Shown here in pieces: positions 53,924 to 64,000 of a DNA stretch of 64,000 bases. Location: NCBI RefSeq assembly GCF_003704095.1, contig NW_020845546.1, positions 62,001-126,000 of the forward strand, written 5' to 3'. The notes below the pieces were generated by a model. That model did no database searches, was not told where the DNA came from, and saw only the letters and a program-made list of their open reading frames with translations. A program made the position numbers and the translations under genes. This stretch comes from Pocillopora damicornis (taxonomy: Eukaryota). Position 1 is the first letter of the stretch, and each line of letters opens with the position of its first letter.

Positions 53924-56900
53924 ATGGCTAATTCAACTATAGAGAGGACCTACGAATCTCACCACCCGCCCGAACTAAAAATTCTCTTCTACACTGCTTT
54001 CATCATTTCTCTCCCTCTAACTGTATTCGGTAAGTTCTTCACTTAACTGCCTAAGAAAGTTTTAAATTTACGACATGTGCGAACAGGGCGAAAGAAAAAT
54101 TGCCGAAATATGAAGTAAATAACTTGATTATCGCTTAGTAAAGATTTAAAAGTTTTAGAATGACTTTCAGCGAAAAGAGGAATTAATTTTCCAACGAAGT
54201 CGTCACACAGTGGACGATCATTTGTTTAACTCTCGATTAAATATTGAGAGAATATGTTCTAAAAATATAAGTTTATGGTTTTTTGAAAGGAAATAATTCA
54301 TCCCCTGTGATCACACTTCACAATGTATGACGAGTTGACTTTCTAACTCGGCTGAATAAACGGGTCGAACAACTTCGCCAGCAACACTCGGAGCACTTTG
54401 TTTTGATCTTTAATTTTCCACAATTGTGTAATTTTCAACACTGAAATGACTCTTTGAGTGAAAATACCCGGGAGAAAAAATATGGCCTGGTATATTTAGA
54501 GGCTATATTTCTGGGGAGCCCCTTCTAAACACTTTTAACCTTTTCGGGACGGGAGAAATGGATTTGGAGATCTACATAAGAGTGTTCATTTTATTTGCTT
54601 TAAAATGTTTGTCCAAAGAGGCAAATTATCCACGACATCTTTTACCCTTTTTCAGTAGTAATCAAAATTATTTTTTGGTTGATTCATTCAAAAAGTCGCG
54701 TAAAATATTTGGTAATAATTTCTCCAAGACTTCAATTTGATTGAAAACGGCCCTCCATTCGTTTCAGATTTAATTTCTCGATATATTCGCGCGGATGTAT
54801 AATTGTCAGGATACAATAAAAGGCTAATACAGTTGTTGGGCTTTTCAATCGATGACTAAAAACACTTCTCTCTGGGGTAGTTTGCATTTCAATAAATCCA
54901 CTTATTATTTTAACGTAAGTATTCGAGCGTGACCTAATAATTCTTGTCTGAGCTCAAACGAATTCAAGTTGTTTAGTTCGCAGTTATTTTTTCCAGCGCA
55001 GGCTTCGTTGGTAGCGTGTAAATAAGAAAATAACAAGGCAATATAACTAAGAAACCGCGATTTTTTCGTGACAAATCCATGACAAAATATGTGAAACCCT
55101 TTAGAATAACATCTAACATCTTTAAAACGGCTAAAAGAGCACCTATTTATTTATTTTTTTGGCTTCCTTTTTCTTATTCCAAAAGATAATCAGAGATGAT
55201 CAAGACCTCATGAAATTTGGCATCAGAGCTTTTAAATTTCAGCAAAGCCCACATATCTAAAGATTTAATTTAAGTCATTGCTAATTTGATGTGTAAACCG
55301 TTTGTGGCCTTTCCTAATTTCCTTGATGCGAGAATAATAGTGGTGGATTATTAATATCGCAATACAGAAGCCATTATTTTCATTAGTTTTGTTAACCACG
55401 GCAACCAAAACTCAACAAAAACAGCTTTTCTTGTAGCAAAGATCTGAGTGTGAATTAAACTGCAGAATCATGAATCGCTGGAATTTTTCTTGAAATTTAC
55501 TCGGTAAAATATATTTTATTTCATGAGCTGTGTAAGGAAGAGAATTTCAAGTCCAAAAGTTTAAGTTGGAAAGGTTTACAACGCAAGTTTCAAAAGGTTC
55601 GTTCTATTGATCTGCGATGGCAAGTTAGAGGAACGATTACCAGAAATTAAGTTCATGGTAAAACTCTAACTTTTATCATTCAAACGAAACATTGGGTAGT
55701 GCTATCTTTTTTCGCCAGTTCTGAAACAATGATATTAGATACTTTTTTATTACTTCAAACAAGTAACTGAAAGTGCGAGAAAAGTGAAAACACCTTGATA
55801 GATGCTTAAAGAATTGAACTACGCTTTGGAAAAGACAGCCAGGACTGGACTGGTTTTTCGTTTCTCTTCAAGGCCAGTAGAACTCGCCATTACTTCTGAA
55901 AAATGGGAAAATTTCTTTGTTTTAACGGTTGAAATATCCAACAGCCAGCATTGGTAACTGAGCCTTGTTTTCTTTTTATGCAAATGTTTAATTTGCTGCG
56001 GCTTTCAGCTGTCTAAATGGATTTGTATTAATTTTGAGTAACGAGTTTTTACTCCATCTCACTTATTGCTGTCAACGCGAAAAGACAGCGCGCTTCCCAG
56101 AGGAGGGGGGGGGGGGGGGGGGACGGTAAGTGAAGCTTGGGAGGGGGTGTTGGGCTGCTTTGTCCTTAAAAACGAGAGCCATATGTAAACCCCGCAGTGC
56201 TTAGCTGAAGTCTTGTTTTAAGATGCCGGTCCAAAACGTCACCCTTTCTCGTAAGCTAAAGAGCAAACCTGTTTGAGACTCAAGGCCCCCATAACCAGAC
56301 CTAATTTTGCAGCGCATACATTTTTAGGGAAGTTAACTGAAGAATGTTCATCTTCCCCCCTGGAGCGTGCTTATAGCGGAGGAGTAATTTGGGTGAGCAT
56401 TATTTCATCAACTGTACGTCGACATAATTGAGATGAATATGACAATCGGAGGTATTAAAATATCTGCCGATTTCTGACTTGTGATACGATTATCGCGCGG
56501 AACTCACGGCTATCATGCGAAAATTGGGTTATTTACAGAATATATTGAAAAGGGGGCCTGGATGTCAGAGAACATCACAAGAGCCGTCTAAACGAACAAC
56601 ATTTACTTTTTTTTTATTACTTATATAGTTTATGGTCGAGGAATTCCCTCTAAAACCACATGACCATTTTATTGACGGAGAATCGATTTCCAAAAATATT
56701 TCAATTCTTTTTCTTGCCCCTTACGCTTTAAAAGATTAGATAACGTAAAAAATTGTAATAATCTGAAAATTTTAGTTTAATAGTAATGTCAAACATCAAT
56801 TTCGATTTGCATGGATATATGAATCTTATTTTTGTCTTTTTTCATTGCCGGTGCCGTCGATTCTTTGATAGCGGCGTCTTTGGCACAATTATATCGGGAA

Positions 56901-59900
56901 ACTGTTGGAACATTTGATGCACTGTTTCCGTTTATATTTGTCAGCTGTATTGAAATTTGCGCGGCCATCAACTGCTCTCCAGTATCGGAGATCTTCATGT
57001 CGCATATTCCTTGGAAGAATTCTGAATGTTTACAATATAAAATTTGGACAATACTTAAAAGCCTTCTTCACATTTGATAGAAAGACAAAAAAAACCAGCC
57101 AGAACTGTGTTTTAAATATGAATTGTATTCCATGATTACTCATTTTTGGTAAAAGTTTTCCTCTCTGAAATAGAATCAGAGATAGATTCAACGAGTTTTC
57201 TTTTGTTGTTGTTAAGATAGATACATGAAAAATGAGCACAGATCGAGATCAATAAAATTGGCATTGTTTTACCTTTCTTTTCTGTTTTGTTGGAGATTCT
57301 AGTTGATTTGAGAGTTTCAGAAGACGACGACTAGAATCGTTTTGGTGAACAGGAGCGATTTAAAACGTTCTTTTCAAAGCTGTTTCATCAATCGATTTGA
57401 ACACCTATCTCGGCAAATTTGATCTACAACGAAAGTCGATTAAGGATTCCACCACTGTGGTATAATCCATCAATTGTTTCTTAATAAAGCCAAGCGTGGC
57501 GATTTGGCGCTTGAACCTTTATATAAATGACACGCAAAAACATAGCGCCAGCCAGAATGTGAATCGCGTTCTTCAGCTGTTTTTGGAAAGGTTGACATCT
57601 ATGCATGCAAATGCAGCTTCCTTTCTTCTGGTAGAGGGGGGCTTGGGTTGGATTAGAGTATCACCCATCTTAAAGCCCATCTGGGGAGGCCTCTTTGACA
57701 AAAACGTCTATTTCTAATATCTACTAATGACCGAAACCGCGGAAGTACAAAACGTTGTGAAACACTTTTAGGCCTAACGTATAGACTCGAATAAACGTTT
57801 TGACACTTACGTGATATTTTTTTCTCCTCAAGTGCGGCGCTTATTTGAGGGTGGCGCTTATTCAAAAATTGGATTCAACGAAAAAAAAAATGTTGTATGT
57901 TAATTAAACGGTATATTTTAAAGCCTTACAGAGGTGTCTTTTAATTGTCACCATCCGTCTCTTCCCTCATTTTTCAATTTCATTACCAGAGGTGTCTTCA
58001 CTCCATTTCGATCTCACTGGCTCATTCTTGATCTAAGGTACTCACTCTTCCAAGTCTGAATCTGTGCATTGAAAAGGATTTGCTTATTGTTCTCTCGACA
58101 TAACCAACTGCGTATGTAACATTAAAGCTTGTAAAAAAAGTCTTCGAATAGGCACCGAATCGAGACCAGAGACAGCTCTTATTAACTTTTCTATGGCAAA
58201 CGCGGCGCTTACTCTAGGGAAACGCTTAGTCGGAGGCGACGTTTTTTTTTCGAGTAAATACGGTCTTCTGTGAGCACGGTTGAAAAGCATTGCGACATTC
58301 TTCTCAACAACATCGTCCTGGGTTAACAACGTTCATAATTAGCAAATATCTCTCCGATTCTGCATGTTTTGCAACAGTTTCATACATTTTTTTTACTTCT
58401 TTTAGGAAATGGTCTCGTCATATTAGCAGTTGTTATTAATAAGAAACTCCGTTCCGCCACCAATGCTCTGATAGTGAGCCTGGCCTTTGCTGATTTGCCT
58501 GTTGGTCTGGTGATCTTCCCTCTTATTTCCTTGACACAGATATACGGGCCAAATCTACACTATGGCAAGCAGTTGTGCAACACAACGATCTTCTTTACTG
58601 AGGTGTTCCTGAGCGCCTCGTGTCTTCATTTGTTATTCATTAGCTTGGATAGGTATCTAGGTGAGAAGGCTAAAAACACTAAATTAACTTGTTGGACTTT
58701 ATATTAATTATGTATTACTAAGGAAGGCGTTGTTACCAAAAACACAGTGTAGTATTCCCTTTGGCTTCAAGGTTTAAATTCCCCACACAAAATATGAACA
58801 TCATTTATTATGTATAAATTCTCTTTTGTGCTCTCTTCTCTTCCCTTGTAAACAAGTTGTCCGCAATCATATTTGAATGTGACCAAAAAAATTGATCCTT
58901 GGCCATTTTTTTGCATTCAAATAAGGACCTAAATACTTTAATTACAAAGAGGGAGGAAAGGTTTTGCGCCTTTTATGACGTAAAAAACACGGTTGGGTAC
59001 AGCGATGAGTGTTTTCTTGTTAGAAGTTCTCAGTCAGTCTTCGGAATAAAATTATCGTCTAGAGTTGAGCGTGACTGCTTTAGAAATCTGTTGTAATTGG
59101 ACGCTCATGGGACGCATGAGTCGCTTTTTTAAAAAGTTTTCTTTAAAATAGCAAGATCAAATTTTTTAACCACTCGTCTTCTCTTTTCTTCTAAACGTTT
59201 CTTTCGTTTAATCTCTTTATAGCCTTCATAGCCCAACATCAGTATGCATATTCTCCATACTGCGATCTGCACATTTCCCATGTTACTGACATGAAGATTT
59301 GTATATCAACTAATAGCTTTTTTTTTTCAGTTGGTGCTTATTTGCTATATTCTCATAACTTTCATGTGTTGTTTAGTAGTTATACTGTAAGGAGAAGCTC
59401 GATGCTGATCACTCTTGGGGTTAAAGGGCCAAGGTGGTCAATAAAGAATTTTTGCTTATCATACGAACCATAAGATCCCATCTCTAAAGACGTCAAAGAT
59501 ATGCTTTCACTCCACCCCAATCCCCTCTCTCAAGGTTCCAATACTCACCGTGCCTGCTCCCTTTGCAGCAATCAATAACGCTCTTCGTTACCACGCTATC
59601 GTCACCGCAAGACGTATCGCTTACGTCATAGCCTTCATTTGGACTTTGTCCGTGCTCGTGGCTGTGTTTCCTTTCCTTGGTTGGCGGGACGTCCGGCCTC
59701 GTTCCCAGGGAGGCTTTTGTCAGTATCACCTGAACCTCGCTCCCAGTTTTATTCTTTTTCTGCATATAACCGTGTGCCTGACACCACTGACCATCACATG
59801 TCTGGCGTACTGTAAGATATTCCAAGTAGCTCGACAGCAGGCTCAGAAAATCGCCGTTATGACGGTAAGATGTGTTGCTTCTTTGTTTGCAAGGATGCAG

Positions 59901-60965
59901 TGCGGAAAATAAACTTCGTAACCAAAACAAACAGTAAAAACATACAAATACATTAGGCAAAAGAAAATTAACCTGAGGAGGAACAAAATGTGTAGAAATT
60001 TAAGTGGTAACGATTTTACAAGTGATTGGAAAGCAAAAAATAATCAAGAAAACAACAGCAACAAAAAAACATCTTAAAACACTGTACATATTTGAGTGAT
60101 GATTCTGATGACAAAAACTCAGGTGTTAACCACGGAATCATGGTGATTCAGCAGTCCATTTCCAAATTTATCCAGACCTCCACATTAGGACACAAAAGAG
60201 GAACGTATAATACATAAATTGAAAACTATATTTTAGCCCCGTCTAACCCTATGTGGGGGGCGGAAATGCCATGAAAAATGTTTTTACTCCGCATTTCCTT
60301 TCTTCATAATTTGAAGGTTTGCATAAATTATATGGAAATATAATTGTTAAGAACATTAAATGCGTTATACGTTACGATCAGGTAATAGTCGTGAGGAGAC
60401 TGTAACGAGGAGGGCGTGGTCGTTTGGTGATAGCTTTTTCAGAGAGCCCTATTCTTACCATCGTCTACTGCACACAGCATCTTTTTATTCAAAGTGTGTA
60501 GGAATTACATCAAATCTAATAGAATCAGTCTGGATGAGGTATTGGGATAATAATCCTGTAAACTGGTGATTTTTCGGGCAAAACGTTAATTGTTTCTTGC
60601 AGGTTAGTGGAAGTGAACAAGAAAAACGCCGTAAGAAGCTGGAAAAAGAGCGTAAAATTACTCTATCGGTTGCGGTTGTTGTTGGAGTGTTCATCCTCTG
60701 TTGGGGGCCGCTTAATGTCATGCTCATCGTTTACTGTGTATGTCATAGCTGTGTCTCTTCTCTTGCTATCGAGGCAGCGGAAGTGTTCTCCATGTTAAAC
60801 TCTGGCTGTAATCCACTCATCTATGGAACTTTTAACAAGGACTTCCGCAGGACCTTTAAGGCTATGTTACAATGCCGCTGGCGTCAAATCAACCGTGAAG
60901 AGATCGAGGGCTCAACCCAAGTGGCTATGCGCGCGTCGAAGGACTCAGTGGAAAGTGCGAAGTGA
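53924..60965 (+). CDS. Class A GPCR, biogenic-amine-receptor-like (adrenergic/dopamine D1/histamine H2-like, cnidarian type), 339 aa. Exons 53924-54029, 58406-58660, 59569-59864, 60603-60965
   Basis: MANST (N-glycosylation sequon), GN in TM1 formed across intron 1, SLAFAD, DRY, YCKIFQVARQQA, KERK...FILCWGP, NSGCNPLIYGTFNKDFR. Phases are consistent (1020 nt). Confidence 0.92.
57777..58263. mobile_element. Degenerate Tc1/mariner-like MITE in GPCR intron 1
   Basis: CGTATAGACTCGAA pairs with TTCGAGTAAATACG; repeated GGCGCTTA subterminal motifs. Confidence 0.6.
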
Positions 60966-61714
60966 AAATTATCAGATACAACAAACAGAAGTCGGTTCAC
61001 TACGATTTTCATTTCGATTACCGGAGATGATTTTTAAATCTCAAGTTGAAACGCACAAACGAAAAAAAAAAAAAAGATTTAATGAAATCCGTTAAGAAGG
61101 AATTCCAAGGATCAGTGATGCGGTTATGAGCTGCTTTTGAAATTTAAAAGGGACGCTGCAGAATTAAATATATCTACATAACAATGTTTTATCGCTTAGG
61201 GAACGTTTTATCCTTTGCAATATTAGACATGTACCTTAACTTGGACGATTTGAAATTGAATGTTCCAATCAGTCAGTCAGTATGTCGATCAACGCCCCGC
61301 TCACTGTTTGCTAGTAAATTAAAAAAAAAATCATTTTCATTCAGGAATTTCGGCAAAAGTTTAACTCCTTTGTTTAAGAAACGGACAAAAATTTCCTTGT
61401 CCACACGGTAGTGGTCACCGCTGGCAGAAAACTTGCCTGCATCCTGGCGCATGCGCATAATAAAGGTTAGTTCCCAAAAGGGTTGGAATCGTAAGAAAGC
61501 TTGTAGTAAGACTGTGAACTTCAATTGCTCTCTAAGTCCGTAATCTGATACCCCCCTCTATCTACAAAAAAAGATCGCAGTTTAACAAAGGCTAAGGCGG
61601 ATTACGAGCTCTCGCCTGGCCTCTCTCTTTTGTAAAAAAAGTGAGTTCGTTCGTAAAAAAAGGCGAGCCAACCTGGTTAAAAAAGGGAAAAGGAAAGTGG
61701 TCTGAACTTCGACC

Positions 61715-61980
61715 AAGTGGCCCATTAAGCCGGAATTTTATTTATCCCGGTTTCTGTAGCATGAAGGGACCAGGGAAGGGGGTGGGATGCTAATCCATCA
61801 CAGTTAACCCCGGTATTTCGTCACGTCTTTTTGACAATTCGTAGGTACCCATCTATACTCCTACAAAGAGAGAGACACTGCGAGAGTCACGTGTCTTGCC
61901 TAAGAACATAACACGATGAACTGAGCAGGTCTCGTACCCAGGCCTCTCGACCCGGAGTCCAGTGCACTAACCGTCAGGCC
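61715..61980 (-). mobile_element. tRNA-derived SINE with a CORE/MIR-like central domain
   Basis: Minus strand: GGCCTGACGGTTAGTGCACTGGACTCCGGGTCGAGAGGCCTGGGTACGAGACCTG (tRNA-like head with box A and a mutated box B), then TTCTTAGGCAAGACAC...CAGTGTCTCTCTC...GTATAGATGGGTACC, resembling the CORE domain. Confidence 0.75.
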
Positions 61981-64000
61981 TTTGAGTCTGATCAGCAAGA
62001 TTGTAACCGTGGTTGAAATGATCTCCTATGAATACCCCAGCCCGGTTATCGAGCTAAGACTTGAAAGTTTGCACTTACACCGTCTTCGTAAACAAGCTGA
62101 TATTATGCTCGGGAGCTGTGCTCAGGTTTAATTCTCAACTGAATAACGGGATTAATAAGTAACCGATACCACTTAAAAGAGCATGCACTACGCTCACTAC
62201 TCACGTGTGCATCAAACGGAAGGCAGTGTACGTAGGTTCCGTCCAAACTTTGCCGAAGTAATTTGAAACCAGTACTTTTTCTGTTAAATTAGGCCTACCG
62301 CAAACACTTATCTGGATACAGATCGTCAGCCCAAAATAGAGGTTTACGAAAAAGCTCTTAGAAATGGTTGATATCAAAATGGCTTTCCGTTGTAGTAAGG
62401 AGGTCGTCGTTTCACTTATTAGCGGCGTTCATCTGAAAGACAAAATTTAAAGCAAAGCCGCATGGTAATCAAGCCTTTTCATGCAACCGTGAAATTGGCA
62501 AATTTAAGTTGGAGTTTTTATCAGGAGAGAAAAAGATGTCGGCTTCTAATAGAAATAAGACACAGCTGCTGTCGAAACAAAGACCGTGAGATGACCAAAG
62601 AGACAGCTTACCCGATTGGTGCTTTGAGTCGCAGCTAATTGAAAAGTAAACATCGCTGACGTGTCATTTCTTTAAAGTGAATAATCTGGAAAGCTCACCT
62701 TGGGAGGCCTAAACAGAATTGACTTTAAATATACAGCCGGTTTTAATAAGCTATAGTTAACATGGAAATGACGTATTTCGAAACGAGCACCATAGTAAAG
62801 AAACACAAAAAAATTGTTTCATTATCATGTGGTGAATTGATATCATTGTTGACTATATGGTTTCCTCACTGAACTGTCAATGAACAAAGTTCGTGATTTT
62901 GTTGGTTTCAATGCTTTTCTTTCTTGACGAGGAGAACAAATTTTTATCATGATAATAGGATTGGTATTTCAGTTGAATACTGATTATCATTATGATAACT
63001 ACTTAAAAGTTAAAGATAAAAGGTATCTGAAACTTGTGGATGCCGAAACGCAGACCTCAGTATGCATTAGGTAATAGCTCAAATTTTACATAAAAGATAA
63101 CTGAACTTTTTTCAGTCATAAACAAAACGAAATAAGTTGAAGGTTATTTGTGATGATTGAAATTAAACCTTGAAAATTCAGAAAACTGTTTACGTTGATC
63201 GAAAAGACGCCACAGAGTTGGCAGATTGCTTTAAAATTACGGTCAATTCTAAACTGAACTGGTTGCGGCGACTTTCAGTCAATGATGCAATAGATTTTCA
63301 TTTGCTACTCACACATTTAAAGTTGAAACCGACATTGGTTGTTATTCTGATCAATTTTTCTTTTTAAGTGGACCCTCCAAAACTGAAAAACCGCATTTTC
63401 TTTATTCAGTTGAAGATATCGACTAGCTAGGTATACCATAATGGTGTCAATTACAGATCTGCAGCGTCTTAGGAACACATCCCTCTGTGTAAGAATGATA
63501 AAGATAATTAAGTTCAAAGAGGAAAGGTAATAGATATATTCTATGGGAATGGTTCCATCTTAAACCTGCGATCGAAAAGACGCAAAATTTTATTAAAACC
63601 GTTTTACATGACGGCCAATTTGCTGCGTGTTTCGATTGCTTTCAAAGAAATACGCGACAGATTTTAATTTACCATCAATTAACAGTTTATTAAAAACTGC
63701 AGTTACTCAGTTCAATAACTAAGCCTTGTTAAATGGAACACCGCGCGCAATTGCGTTTCAAAGAAAACTTTAATCACCTTCGGTAGTCGTTTGCATTTTT
63801 ACGATTTTCCATTGGTTTTCACTAAGACACGACTTAAGTGACGAAATTTCCATGATAGCGAGAGAAGAAATCACAGTAAGCCGGCTTCTGTGAAGCTCGC
63901 TTGATAATGCCCCCAAAAAGTGCGAAATTAGCCGCCGCAAGTTAGTCGCAGAGCGAAATTTTGCAGTTAACAGCAGAAATCAGCCAGCTTTTTAATCAAA

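Noticed and set aside
56104-56122. Poly-G run as a functional G-quadruplex
   Set aside because: Isolated intronic homopolymer with no further evidence of function.
29417-60798. Antisense or alternate-frame ORFs overlapping real exons (e.g. 29417-29707, 36751-37020, 59493-59960, 60485-60727)
   Set aside because: Shadow ORFs of genuine coding sequence; many have non-ATG starts.
61900-61980. tRNA gene
   Set aside because: Box B is mutated, there is no complete cloverleaf, and it continues into a SINE body.

Overview
AT-rich, intron-rich animal genomic DNA from a draft scaffold with three N gaps. The repeat families and gene content suggest a cnidarian, most likely a stony coral; this is inferred, not proven. 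Seven protein-coding genes were rebuilt by hand with GT-AG introns and consistent phases: TEX261 (+, 6 exons), PAIP2 (+, 2 coding exons), an FKRP/LicD-like phosphotransferase (+, 3 coding exons), an intronless class A GPCR resembling GPR26/GPR78 (-), a YjbQ/UPF0047 protein (-, 2 exons) head-to-head with RPIA (+, 11 exons), and an aminergic-like class A GPCR (+, 4 exons). The rest is MITEs, palindromic repeats, tRNA-derived SINEs and minisatellites. No CRISPR array, rRNA, intact tRNA or transposase ORF was seen. The best leads are: deep synteny with one vertebrate paralogon; a non-bilaterian GPR26/78-like receptor; a YjbQ-RPIA divergent pair, each with an optional presequence-like N-terminus; and a divergent FKRP-like enzyme near RPIA (possible pentitol-phosphate link). 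Comparisons to human proteins are from memory; no searches were run.
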